Assembly (NCBI GenBank): GCA_973895155.1
Contig: OZ316898.1
Coordinates: forward strand, 17,722,752 to 17,786,751
Direction of reading: 5' to 3'
DNA from: Marsupella aquatica
Taxonomy: Eukaryota; Plantae; Marchantiophyta
DNA length: 64,000 nt
Of the stretch, positions 49,801 through 63,723 are shown in pieces. A program made the translations under genes and the position numbers. How positions within the stretch are numbered: the first letter of the stretch is position 1; every line of letters begins with the position of its first letter. The notes under the pieces were generated by a model. That model saw only the letters and a list, made by a program, of their open reading frames with translations. It was not told where the DNA came from and did not search any database.

Positions 49801-52800
49801 TTCATTTTACAACGAACACGTCCATTCCAATGAGATGATTTTCAAGTGAACTGTCTGATGTGAAGTACATGCCCATGCCCCAACCCCACTGACTGGCTTC
49901 TACATAAGGAAACATATGACAAAAGATTACCCGGAGAAGCTTTGGAAACTCTCGTTCCTTGATGACTGTTTTTGCTTGATAGTCATGAATCTGTTTAGTC
50001 AATCAAGCACTCGTGATAAGGACAACCCCATGAGACATAATATCTTAAGGAGTTACATACGACAAACAAATGACTTTGGGGACGTTCAGAGAGAAAGAAA
50101 GACCAGTCCACAGGGAAAAGAAGCGGCTTGGAACTCAGGGTGACCAAAAAATGTAGGTGGCTAGCTAGCAAAAGGGCATAAAATTATGCTAGACCCGTCA
50201 TTGCAGAAAGAGGGTTCTCTCTCAAGGAAAGTAACATATGACAAAAGTGATCAACTTTAATATCCAATTCAGTTCACCTGTAGAAGACAAGGAGTTCCAA
50301 CCAAAGCAAACCAGGGTTCACGTGGGTGAGCTGCAATTGCACATACTATGTCTGGCATGGGCTTTGTCACTAGCTCTCCCTGCCAAGCAGTTGCAAGATA
50401 ATATTGAGAGAAGAATTCCATAAAATGCATTGAACTTGTCATCTTGCAATGTTCGTGTCAAGGACCCTGGTTAGTCATTTCCCTATCCAGCCTACAAGTA
50501 TCTCAAAATTTCCTTCCTTTCCTTTTAACGTCCCTTCTACATTAATCATTTTCACATAAAAACCATGCACTAATTCCTGGATACCAAGTGAGATCTAGGA
50601 GGGGCATGGAGGCAGGAGGGCAAGAGCATCATCTTGGACCATAAAGATCTAATTTCCATTCTATGATCTTGAAGGGTGTGATGTAATAAAACCATTCCCA
50701 CACACGGCACCCAATGACGTGATCAACTCTATACTTAGTAGGACTATAGGTATTCATGACATGAAGCAGCTAACACGATGTTACAATATCAGGCAGGCTA
50801 CTAACTTCTATATCTACCTCCTTACATAATTGTTGGACACATGAGGTGAGAAGCATAAGTGGTGAGGTTCTTATCATACTTTGCAAACCCGAGATCCTGG
50901 TTGCTCTTCAAACAGACCCGCATGGAGTAGTATAAGAGATGAACTCGTTGTGCCCGCCAAAAATGGTGGCACATGAATGGTGAGAAGGGCAGGATCTAGC
51001 CTGATTTGCAATGCCGAAAAAGATATTGAGGTGATTGCCCCTGTACAGTCAACTCTTCATTAAACCAAATATTAGTATCCACCTAAGCCATTGGCTCGAC
51101 TCTCATCCATCTCCTGACCGAGGCTTTTTTACTTGAACTCATGGATTTGCGTTAGAATTTAATTGGAGAATGTAATGTACATATGTTCCATCCATATATT
51201 GCAAGATCAAAGTCTGTTACCAACAGATATTATTTATATTGGTACCAACCTAGGTATATTTTGTGATCAATAGTCCTATGAAGATTCATAAGGGGGTGAT
51301 TTCTCGGGTGATTGTCTATTCACAAAACAATGCAAAGATCATGCACACGCCTTGGCATGGACCAATTAGGCAGAGTTATGTAAGAGTGAGTTGCCTCACT
51401 CGTGACCATCTGTATCCAAAGGGATCTTGTTACATGGATAGATATTGTCAAGTCCATAGTTATTAAAGCATGTGTCTTAGCTACCAAAGCCCACCCATGT
51501 GTTGAGCAACAGGCTCAGGTAGGAGTTCAGAGTCGACACCTGAATTGAGTTCCTCAAGCCACCCAACAAGGCCAAGACGATGATCGTAGAAGCGCAGGAA
51601 GCCATTGGCATCCCCTGTTACAATGTATCGACCTATAGATACAAACCCTGTAATTGCATCCTTGTGCAGGTGAACCACCTTCATTGCTTGCATTACTCTA
51701 GGTTCTGTGCTGCCTTTCTTTTGTTCGTCCTGAACATCATACTCTTCTTCCTCATTTCTGACAACTCGGAATGTGAGATGTGTTACTTTCAATACAAGAA
51801 GGAATATAGCTTTAAACAAATTATTGGACAAAAACTGACTAGTATATATTATCAAAGGTTTACCATTGAGCTGATGTGGAAATTTGTACATGCATACACA
51901 AGCATGTGAAATCTGCAAAAAACCGTAACCGTGTAGCCTACTATAACATCATGCAATTTGCCAAAACAAATGTTTTAGGACTCTGCGGGTGTTAAGTGTC
52001 TCCTCTAGTACCGAAGTTGATGCCAAATCACAATATCTCCATCAATGGTTCCTGTCATAGCAGTCTTGTCGGAGGGAGGAAACAGAGAAAGAGTGAAGTC
52101 CCCGACAACTTGTTTCAACTCATGGAGTTTTAGGATTCCTCTGTAGCCATGAAGAAAGTGCTCCTCTTTTGCACCAATTTCTTCCTGTTTACAAACATGT
52201 TACATGTTTTCATCGTGAGTGAGTATTTAGAGAATGCAATGGTGTAATCTAAACCACTGTCACGACACGCTGATGCATATGTCATATCCACCATACAAGA
52301 GAGGATGTGAATCGTCATCCATATGTGACAGGAAGCATTATGTCAAAACAAATCTTTAAAATGAGACTTGACTCCATATTTATTTTGTGACAACTGATCA
52401 AGTCGTGAGCAAAGATACCACCTTGTGGTATCTCCAGATATAAACGCTGAGCTTGCTGTTTGAGATCATCTCTTCATTGTTGCCTCCATTGAATCGTATG
52501 CAAGTCTGCAAAGTAGGGAATACAGTTGGGCGAAGAAAATGGGAAGAGGCTACAGTAGATCCAAAAGGAAAAAACTTTATAACAATTGAAAAGACCTCCG
52601 GCCACAAATACTTCCTGAATATTCCAATATCTACATTTGTTAACTGGCCATATGGACTTTGGTGGGCAGGGAAGGCCACATAATTGATCAGCCAGGCCCA
52701 CAACTTACGTGGGCAGCTCAGATTCCGACCCGCAGGAACATAACTGCTGGGAAGACATCCTAACCTGCACATCCTTCAGGTCCAACACTTGCACCGTGGC

Positions 52801-54601
52801 CGTGGCTAGCGGCTTACCATCAAACATGTTGATGTCCCATATGCTAAGCTCCTGCACAGATTCTGGTACTGCACATAATTGACAACACTGAACAGAGAAC
52901 TCCAGCCAGAGTCCAACAACTACTGTAGGTCCACAAACAATTGACAAAGAGTCCTAAGTGGTGCTGGACTTTTTTTATTGAATGTTTACTTAAAAAACTT
53001 TTGACACACAAAAAACAGATCACCCGAGTTGTGATAAGCTAATGTCTGCCTGAATTGCTAGCTTAAGTGCCAACTTCCACCGGCTTGCCGACATAAAAAA
53101 ATATTTAAAACCCTAAAAGCAAGAAGGGGAGACTTACAAATAGCACTTAGTGTGCAAATGAAGATACCATCAGCGGAAATGTCAATGGCCAAAAACCCAC
53201 CAGTTCTGTCCTGTAATATTGCGTTTATCGCCTGAAGACAGAGGGCATATATCTCATCAGAATTCTCCCTTGGAACGTCTTGAGTTTAAGCTGAAACTCA
53301 CAACTGACGTTGTCAGTGCCCCATATTGTTAAGCTTCAACCTGAACACTGAGGTCAGGTTAAGAAGGTGAGAGTACTAAAGACTCAGGAAATTGGTTCTC
53401 AGTTAGGGTGAGACTAAGAGGATACCTTCCCAGATTTAGTCTCCCACATGATGAGAGCAGCCTCAGGCCCACAATCACAAGAAATAATTCGACTTTTGTC
53501 AGGAGTAGTCACTATACATTGGATCTGATGAATATGTCCTTGCAGTATTTTCTGTCAACAGTAGTGGAAAAGACACTTAGAACCTGCCGTTGTAACAGTA
53601 CTTCAATCTTAGAACACACACACACACACACACACACACACCAAACACGAATTTTTGAAAGAGAGCGGTGCTTAATGTGTGCAGGATTGATGTAAGTTGA
53701 CCTTGGAGCGGAAGAGAATATAAAATACCTGAGTCTTAGACCACAGATCGTAAATGACAATCACAGTGCCAGCAATGTATCCAATGACATGGCTGTGCAC
53801 TTCCGCCCTTAGATCAATAACTCCATTGTTTATGTTATTGGAGAATCCATATACCCAGTGCAACTCCTGCATATCCAAATATTTGAACATAAACTCAATT
53901 CTTAATCGACATTGATGTCAGGATTTATCCTTGGCTTGCTCCTGATTTCCCCAATCTAGGTAATGACAGAATTCCCATGACTCTACTATTTCCTAGCAGT
54001 CAATGTCACTCCATAGGTCGACTTAAGAAAGTTTCTTCCACAAGCTGCAGAGCAAAATGTTGGTATTGTTTGGAGACGGGCATTGTCGCATTCTCTCCCT
54101 CTCGAGACAAGTTTATTCATACACTAAACTTTCAATACAGAGTTGTTGTAGTGGAATAAAGTAATTCATTCACAGTTCTTTTCATCCTCTAACAAATGCA
54201 TAGAATTCAAGATTGCATAGAGGCAAAACCAGAGATAGATACTCCATTTCCTACAAATCCATCTGAAGATGACAATGCACAAACCTTAATTGTAAGGATT
54301 GACAATCTATCAGAAATGACAACAGTCCTTAAAATAGTACAAAAATAGGACCCAAGAGAGAGTTTGAAAGGGTTTGGCAAGAGAGGACAAACCAGAGGTA
54401 GCGAAGGCTCCATAACCACCAGTAAATTCGATCAAAAAGCCCTTTCCGTACCAAAGGTGCAAGTGATAGCGTCTGAATCGTAGGCACAACGGCTTTCCGA
54501 AGGATATTCACAGCCTTGCCAACTAAAGCTCTGTGGAGAAACTATCTATTTCCAAAGGGCCCCTTGAGGTTCATACACTCACGGTTCATCAACTCCTCCA
54601 T
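43807..54601 (-). CDS. CFAP251: Cilia- and flagella-associated protein 251 (WD40 + EF-hand-like C-terminus), ~20 exons; N-terminal start uncertain
   Basis: Exons are collinear with WDR66/FAP251: ELHWVYGF, LQGHIHQIQC, KQVVGDFTLSLF, KVVHLHKDAIT..YIVTGDANGFLRFYD, AIAAHP, WECVGKYRSH, IVEYDL, KTFLGPVFG, VAHAGPIA, HYFFYSQLR, DFFQIYMAHKP, GEKMT.EEL. No stops were found in the exons traced. Confidence 0.9.
53614..53641. repeat. (AC)n microsatellite in a CFAP251 intron
   Basis: About 14 AC units. Confidence 0.95.
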
Positions 54602-54689
54602 GTCAACTTTTTCTCCGAATACAGCTGTTAAATCAAAGCCTCGCCAACTGATATGCCAAGACTAAACTGTCCATTTTCTAGGAGCCCTT

Positions 54690-54960
54690 GGAGTTCAGAC
54701 ATTCACAATTTGATTTACACCTCATCTTTTCCTCTTGTTTGGACATTCACAATTGTGTCTACTCCTCCACAAGTATTCCTTTTGTTTATACATTAATAAT
54801 TTTATCTACACCTCAAGTTTTCTACTCCTCACGTATTCCTTTTGTTCAGACATTCACATTCCTACTTACTCAAGTTTTCCTGTTGTTCAGACATTGACTC
54901 CTCCTCAACTTTTCCTTTTGTTGAGACATTCACTATTTTATCTACTCCTCAACATTCCGT
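54690..54960. repeat. Degenerate ~40-bp minisatellite upstream of CFAP251
   Basis: Repeated TTGTTCAGACATTCAC..CTACTCCTCAAG..TTCCT units. Confidence 0.7.
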
Positions 54961-57174
54961 TTGCATTGGATCCAGACCTATTCCCACAGCCTAGTGAGGG
55001 GTCGAGGTTCATTTGTTTCCTAGGTCAAATTTATCCTAAATCTTACCTGGAAAATGCTTTGGTGATCCAATCCAAAGAAAACATACTCATTTAGCCAAAT
55101 AATTGTCTAGCAAAGGGGGATTAATCACCAAATCTAACATTCCTTCTTAAATCCAGGGAAATCAAAAGCATGTGTCAAAAGTTCTATGACAGAAAGCACG
55201 TCCCAGGAAAGGAGAAAAGTCACGACTCTGTCAAAAGGAAATTGCATAGAACTGTACTTGGATCATCGGTATTTCAGGCCATGAATTTCCACAATTGTGA
55301 CCCAGTTACTATCAATTTAGGTTTTGATTTTACCCATTCCCTATTTTTTGTCCACCCTCATTTTAAGTGTTGTACTTATTAACAATCATTGTCATTTCTT
55401 GTCTTATCAAGAGGTATGGTCTAGAGTCTTCACTCTAGATCATAGGCCTTGAAAGTAGCTTCCTTTCGCAAATTATTAGTAAGACGTGTAAGCAATATTG
55501 TTCACCAACAAGGTAAGAGTAAAAACTAGTGCAATATTGTCCACCAACAAGGTTCGAGTAAAAATTGTCGCAAGTGTAATAATCTCCCTGCTTTAACTTT
55601 CAACTATAAATATAATCGCAATCCTGAAAACTCGGTGTTCACATCAGATGTTTAGAATATTACTGAAATCTTGATGAGAATGTTTTTTTGAGATATCACA
55701 AGGATCCGTAAATAGTAACCCCAAAGGCAAGTTTTGTGACCCCTAAACCAGCTTGCCGAGAATACCTGACACAAAGATACATTGGGAAGTTGATGTCCAC
55801 ATGAAAGACTCCCTCTACCATGTATAAAAATTCATGTTACTAGAGAAATAACAACTTGTGGCTCTTAATAGGTATTGAAGAATAGACTTAGATCAATAAT
55901 CATATGCACAACCAAGGTGAGAATATATATGAAGCTTCCAAGGAACAAACGCGCCAAAGTGGGAGACACTATTTCAAGTGCAAAAGACCCAATAAAAAGG
56001 GGAAACCAGAAAAGGGAAGGAGTAACCATAAACACCAAAAAGGCCCATGACACAAGAGACCCAATAAAGGAAAACTAGCTACCGCAGCAAACTGAGGGCT
56101 GAATCAGTCCAAAGGACAGGGAGAGGTCCAAAAATCCTGAACCACTGCACTGAACCTTGGCAAAATCCAAACACAGATTCACCATCTGCACAGGAAAAAG
56201 ACTAATCCAAGAAACAAACTACTGCAAAAGGAACACCAAAAATGGTAATAATTCAATGCAAGGAAAATGATAATAATTCAAGGCTGATCAAGACCCCACA
56301 GCCTGCCCCACGTTCTTGGAAAGACCCCCTAACAGACAGGTTGTAAACTTCATGTAAAGCCAAGTCGAGTCTGTTCTCACATTTGAAAGGCTAGTATTAT
56401 ATCTCAAACATAGAAAAAACCAATGAGTTTGAGGACCCCATGGTTATGTAAGCTTATTTTATTGAACTATTTGGAGCCATGAAGATTAGCACATTGGAAT
56501 AGATAGATGAGAAGACAAATTTTAAATGGAGGATTCTAGCTAAATGAAGTGATTTGTTAAAGGTAGTTAGGACAATTTCCTCCACAATTTCATTGAAAAC
56601 AAATAGGAATACATTCATATATGGTAACAACGAGGGTAATTTTTCATGCTAATTTTTCATGCAATGTTTCCTTTAGTATTTCTATGTCTATACAATACAT
56701 GTAACATTCCATATAGTTCATGCAAAATATTACTTTGTCCATAGTAATTGAAAGGTCTTAGAGTCCCTTGGTATTCATCTATCCATGATAGTTATCTTAC
56801 CATTGCTTCGTACTCCTCTATCCATAGTAACCAAAGGGGTTTCTTAAGTTACCTTGGTAAATGTTAGAGAATTTAAAAAATTTCTTGGGTTTCTTATGTT
56901 ACATTGGTAAAATTTAGAGTAATTAAAGAGTTTCTTTCTACTTTTTATTATTTCAAAAATATGAAAATTAATTTAAAAATAGAAACAGATTAAGTCTAAA
57001 GATATATCAATCACAACTCATCCAAAGATTAATTTATTTCACCCCTATTCTACCATTTTATTTGTTTACTTGAATGTTATTTTTTAATTTTTTAATTGTT
57101 TTTTTACAATTACAGGGTCTATTTTTCTTTGCCTTGACTCAAACACTAATATTCAAATTTGGTTCTTCTTGCAT

Positions 57175-57518
57175 TGTTGAGCATAGACGACATTCGCAAC
57201 GGCAAGCCCATGAACCATCCAACGCACAAGAGTCGACACAGAGAGATACGTGGTTCACCTCCACATGAGGCTACGTCCACGGGAACACACAAGAGTTTTA
57301 TTGCACTCTAGGCCGACCGGCCATACCAAGCATCCACAGCACAAGCTCTCCCTATCTCTCAACTAGCTCCGTAACAATGAGCCTAAGTTCCACCAGGGTC
57401 TGGCATCAGCCCTGACTATATACACAACAACACTACCGCTAACAATAGCTAAGTCCTAACCCGAGTTAGTCTAACTGTAGTTAGCTCATGAGTCACAAGA
57501 CTAGAGCAATATCTAACA
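57175..57518 (-). repeat. 3' LTR of copia element 2
   Basis: TG..CA termini. It matches 63724-64000 with about 6 internal substitutions plus a terminal difference. Confidence 0.93.
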
Positions 57519-57724
57519 AACTCCCCCGTGACTCTTGTCTTGGGGACTGGACTAAATGCTACCATATGGAATCCTCAGCGGGAAGTTCTAGAAATCACCA
57601 AACCAGGTCTCCCCATAAAAACCACAAGGGTTAACTAAGGGTTAACTAGAACTAAGCCGTAGCCTAACAGGAATAAGTAATCCATATACAAATAGTCACA
57701 CATTGCTTAATAACTCTACGTGCA

Positions 57725-60700
57725 CTACAACTGCAAAACTTGCAAAGTAGCACGGTGTCTTGAGAAACTCTCCAAAGGAATCACTTTGGTAAAGGCATCA
57801 GCGGGATTGAGTTTTCCATCAATCTTGACTAGCTCAAAATTTTTATCAGACACTGCTTGCCTGATAAAATGGTACTTGATATCAATGTGCTTCACCCTGC
57901 TATCCATCACCTGGTTAGCAGCCAAGTGAAGAGCACTCTGACTATCACAGTTTAGAGTCATTTTGCCATGCTCTAAACCCATCTCCGCGATCAACTTGTC
58001 CAACCAAATTTCTTCCTTTGCTGCTTCTGCTTCTGTAACATACTCTGCTTCTGTAGTAGACTGAGATATACACTTCTGCAAGGTAGATTTCCAACTGATA
58101 CATCCTCCTCCAAGAGTGTATATAAACCCAGTTGTAGACCTCCTTGTATCCAGACAACCTCCATAGTCAGAATCTACATAGCCAACTAATGTTCTATCTG
58201 ATCTGTTATCAAATAGTAATCCATAGTCCTGTGTTCCCTTCACATACTTGAGAATCCATTTCACAACTTCCCAATGTACCTTCCCTGGATTTGACATGAA
58301 TCTGCTAACCTTGCCCATCGCTAGGGCCAAGTCAGGCCTAGTACAAGTCATCAAATACATCAGACTGCCTACTGCCTTTTCATAAGGAATCTTAGCCATT
58401 AGACCTTTCTCCACAGCATCCGTAGGAGAGAAAGCCGATGATAACTTGAAATGTGAAGCTAAAGGAATACTCACTGGCTTACAGTTTTCCATGTTGAATT
58501 GTGCAAGTACTTTCCTCGCATACTGGCCTTAACTCAAACACAACTGTCTAGTATCAGAGTTCCTAGAAATCTCCATCCCTAAGATCCTCTTGGCCTTACC
58601 AAGATCCTTCATCCTGAATTCAACACTCAATTTCGCCTTGAGACTGTCAACCTCAGATTGATCTTTAGCCACAATCAGCATGTCATCCACATAAATAACC
58701 AGAATGATGAAACCAAACACATCATTCTGGACTAATTTCGTATACACACAAGGATCATATACCATCCTTGTAAAACCTTGAGCAAACATGAAATCATCAA
58801 ACCGCTTGTTCCATTGTCTGGGAGATTGCTTCAATCCATACAAGGACTTGAGCAATCTACAAACTAAGTTCTCTTGGCCCTTCTTCATAAAGCCTAGTGG
58901 CTGTCTCATGAAGATCAACTCTTCCAAGTTGCTATAGAGAAAAGCAGTAACAACATCCATCTGATCCATCACCAGACCAAAAAACACAACAAGCTGACAC
59001 AAGATCTGAATTGTGGAATACTTAGCCACCAATGAAAAGACCTCATTGTAATCCACTCCTTTCTCTTGAGTGAATCCCTTGGCAACAAGCCTTGCCTTGT
59101 AGATCTTATCTCCACCCTCTGAAGGACTATCCTTCAACTTGTAAATCCACTTGCTGTCCACCACTTGTTGACCTCTTGGAAGCTCCACCAGCTCCCATGT
59201 CTTGTTGTCACTCAAAGATTGCAACTCCCTCTACATTGCTGCATTCCACTCATGCTTCTGCTCTGAAGCACAAGCCTCACTGTACGAAGAAGGCTCTCCT
59301 TCTTCCAAGATCAAAGCCATGTCATCATCATCAGGTGGAATGTCAATATCATCTAGCTTAGATGAGTCTGCCCATTGACCATACTTGGTAGGAGCTCTAG
59401 TAGAACGACTGGAAGTTCTTCTAGTAGATGACTCAGGCTGATCTGTTGCTGCTGCTGGCTGAATTTGAGGTACCCCAACAACAATCTGCTCCTCTTGTTC
59501 CATCATAGGAACCAGCTCCAAGCCCGGAGCTTCTCCATCTCTCCTGTCATGAACAACATCATGACTAATCTCCCCCTCAACCTAGTTTGGGATGGGAGAT
59601 TTCCCCTTGTCAGTATGGGAGTCCTGAGAACTCTCCCCCTCCTTTGATGATCTGGATTCATTAAAGGACACATCTCTACTGACAATTAGCTTATAGGTTA
59701 CTGGATCCCATAACCTATAGCCCTTCACACCTTTCTGATAGCCAAGGAAAATGCACTTCTTTGACTTGGACTCCAGCTTGGATCAAAGCTGGGAAGGTGT
59801 AAGCACATAAGCATCACATCCAAAAATCCTCAGATGTGAGTAATCTGCTGGACGCCCGTACCTCATTTCAAATGGCGTCTTGAATCCAATAGAACTGGAT
59901 GGGGAAAATTTTACCAAATAAGTTGCAGTGTTGACAGCTTCAGTCCAAAACTCATGTGGTAATCATGATTGACTCAACATACTCCTTGAGCAGTCCAATA
60001 GTGTTCGGTTGAGTCTCTCAGAAACACCATTCTGCTGAGGAGTATAACTTGTGAGATGGCGGGTAATCCCCTGCTCCTTACAATACGTTCCAAATTCACC
60101 AGAACTATATTCACCGCCGTTATCCGATCGTAGATATCTCACCTTATTACCAGTCTAATTCTCAACTTGGGCTTTCCACTCCTTAAAAGTGGCAAAAACA
60201 TCAGACTTACTGTGTAGAAAGTATATCCACACATACCTTGAGTAATCATCAATGAACGTGACATAGTATAACCGTCCAGAATGTGAGGGAGTAGGGGCTG
60301 GACCCCACATATCACTATGTACATACTCAAGTACCTCTTTGCTGGTGTGAGTTCCAACTCCGAAGGGTTTCCTGTGCTGCTTCCCAAACACACAATGCTC
60401 ACAGAATTCCAACTTACAAGATTACAAATTAGAAAGTAATCATTTCTTCTAAAGAATAATTAACCAAACCTTTTGCACTCATGTGGCCCAAGCGGACGTG
60501 CCACAGTCGGGCCGTCTCCTCATGAGATAAAGTTACATTGGCTTCATCACAGACTACATTGTCCTCCAAAACGTATAGATTGCTATGTCTCTTTCCCTTC
60601 AATACAACTTTAGTACCAGTTGAAACTTGAAGGACACCATTAGCAGAACTCCACTGATGGCCATCTGCCTCTAAAACTCCAAGTGAAATGAGATTTTTCA

Positions 60701-62000
60701 TCATGCTGGAAATATGTCTCACATTCCTCAACGTTCTCACAACACAATCAAACATCTGAAATCTTACAGATCCAAGTCCAACAACTTGACATGGGATTCC
60801 ATTTCCCATCAACACTGACCCGTTGGAAACCGTGTAAGAACTGAAACAATCTCTTCTAGAGCAAATGTGAAAAGTACATGCACTATCTAGAATCCAATCA
60901 TCACTACCTGGATTTGACACTACGTTGAGAGCATAACCTTGACATCACAATATGTCATCATCATTGAGTAAATCTACCTCATGCGAGCTCGATGCTGTGT
61001 TAGCAGAGGCAGTACGGACCTTTACTCGACAATCCCTTTTCATGTGGTCTGGCTTGCCACAATTCCAACATGCAAGAGACTTTCTCTCTTGCAATTTTCC
61101 TCTGGATTTAGATCTCTCCCGTGATGTAGATCTAAACCTGTTCTGCCCATTCGTGCGCTACGCTGCTCTTCCCCTGTTCACATTGAGCGTAGTGCTAGAA
61201 GAAGATGTTGTCTGTGATTGACCCAACTTCTTTTGAGCATCATCAGACAGCAAGGAGCTCACCACCTCATTATACGAAATGGACTTCAGATCTCTGTACA
61301 AGAGCACCTGTTTCAAGCCCTGACATGACGGCGGTAAGGAGCTTAGCAGAAGCAAGGCCTTATCCTCATCTTCAACTCCTTTTCCCAGGTTTGACAGATC
61401 CACCGCTAGACTGTCAAATTCATCCAGGTGATCCTACATCTTGCTCCCTTTCTTGAGCCTGAGGCTCATCAAGAGAGACTTCTTGTACAGCCAGTCTGAC
61501 GCATCTTCCCGGTAGTACTTCTCTCTTAGAGCCTTGAACAGTGACGCGCAATTCGCATAATCATCCAGTTGCTTGATGATGTGCGGCTTGAGATAAAGCA
61601 TCACTGCATTGACAGCAATCACCTGCTCCTATCTCCACTGCTTCACATAAATCTCCTCCTCTCCATCATACTGCTCTCACGAAGAAAGCAGATGAGCTAA
61701 GCCCATGGCCCGTAGAACACCCTTCACTTGCTTCTCCCACAACAAGTAATTAGTACGACCATCATACTTCTCCACCTCAAACTTCACTCCTCCGAATCTA
61801 GCCATCTCTCTCTTCTTCCCCACTACCGATAGCTCTGGTAGTAGTACAGCTTCCTCCACTGCACGCTGCACCGGTGATCGTATAGGTGTCACTAGTTCCT
61901 CCTCAAATGGTAGCAGCTCCTCCTCAGACTCTCTGTCTAACCGTCACGATCCTGAAGCTCCACCGATGCCAATTCTTCCAGTATCCTCCAAGTCACTCAT
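57725..62000 (-). pseudogene. Disrupted gag-pol of copia element 2
   Basis: Many consecutive ORF fragments are separated by stops and frameshifts (e.g. ~58529, ~59231, ~60155, ~60429, ~61158, ~61434, ~61677). Confidence 0.92.
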
Positions 62001-63708
62001 ATGAAACAATCACGAAAAACGTCTTTTTTTGAAACTTCTCATAAAACTCAAAACTCAACACCGCCGCGTAGCCCACGAAGCTAGGAGTCCAATACTGAAA
62101 GCCGAAATCAAAATCAAAATTCGACGGAAAAGTTATTCAAATTTTGGTCTGGGTGGGTAAAACCTTGGGTAACTCCCTTGTTTTGACCACCTCGGAGAAT
62201 AACCAAAATACCCAATACAACCCGTCATCGGAATCGCAATGTGATCGGTGCGCCGCGTTGCTAACTCCAGTGGCAACGTCCTCACCGAAAAAGAACCAAA
62301 AAAGTTACTGTTCGGCGGACAAAATCTTTGTGGGACGGCCAAAAAACAGCTCTCTATTTTTTGGGAATATTCCCGCACAGTCCGACAGGTCTCACAGGGG
62401 GCCGTTCCCCCTGTCCAAGCGATTAAAATGGAGGGCGGCAGGTCCCGGCATCAAGGAGAACCAAAAGAGGGAAAGAATGGTTTAAAAAATAAAAATAAAA
62501 AAAGGCCTTTAAAGGGGGTGATAAGCCCCTTAAACATAATTACGCCTTAAAAACGCGCATCCAGATAGGGTACAGCGATACAGAAGGATGAATACACAAA
62601 GGGCCGGGCGTTCAAAGTCGGGGCAGGGCTGCTAAGGGGGTACGCGAGTACCCTCGCGAGTACAAAGAAGTAAGGCAGCCGGCAGGTCGCGTACGCCGTC
62701 CCGATCACGAAAGGAGTCCCGGGCGCGTACGCTGTGGGGCGTGGCGCATGGAAGCAGCGGGGTCGACGGGGGTCGGCAGGGCCGCGGGCCGGTGGGAGCC
62801 CCCCAGCGTTCTAAGTCAATAGGAGGGGAGGGCGAGGTGCGCGCGTCCCTAAGGCAAGGCAGGGGATGGGGCGGCTGCAAACGCGCCGGCCGGCGCTGCG
62901 TAGCACGCCGTTGCGGCAAAAGATAAGTTCGGGCGAGGGGGGGGGAAGGGAATACAGTACGCGGGGCGGGGGGGGGACGCCTCGTAAAATCACAAAAAAT
63001 ACCCCCAAAAATGCTGATTTAATCACAAACAAGGCCAGTTACAAACCTAAACCGCCGCCGTTTCCAATGAGAAAACAATGAGTTACCGACGGGATTTGTT
63101 GCCGAATCACACCGGCGCCGTCTGCAACTCTAGCACTGTAAAAGCTTCCGCCACGTCCCTTCACACCGCGTCAAGTGCCAATCCCGGGCTCAAAATGACC
63201 GCCTTGCCGCGATCAAACCGTTGAGCCGTGGCACTTCGCGTCTCTTCCACCGAGTCGGACGTCACGAAGAGAAACCCGGTTCAGATGAGAACAAGCTCCA
63301 TAGCTTGTGAAAAAACCTGAACACCTCCTCCACTCGTCACATCGCACTCGGTAACAACTCGGCAACAATCAAGCTACCGAAACGACCAGTTCGCTTCAAC
63401 CTTCAACTTGAGCTAAAAATGTGCGATCTCCCAAACACCGCAAGGCTCACACCGTTGAAAAATGCGATCTCTGGTCTCTCCCCCGAAAACCCGTCGAACA
63501 CGAATAAAACCTGAACGACGCAAACTTTGATTCCTCTGCACCACGGATACCGATCAGCGAGTTCTAACCACGGTTAGAAAGCCCTCTCACTAACCTATCC
63601 GCACAGCCACACACATTTGAGTTTCATGTGACGAAACTCCGAATGTACCATCGACAATGAACGCTGGAAGAGACCTGTCATGAAAAAATCTCATCACCTC
63701 CCAGGCAT

Positions 63709-63720
63709 GCTCTGATACCA
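63709..63720 (-). promoter_or_regulatory. Primer-binding site (tRNA-iMet)
   Basis: TGGTATCAGAGC on the minus strand, 3 nt from the LTR end. Confidence 0.92.
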
Positions 63721-63723
63721 CTT

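Noticed and set aside
52100-52135. Suspected frameshift in CFAP251
   Set aside because: Re-reading gives the in-frame sequence LKLHELKQVVGDF.
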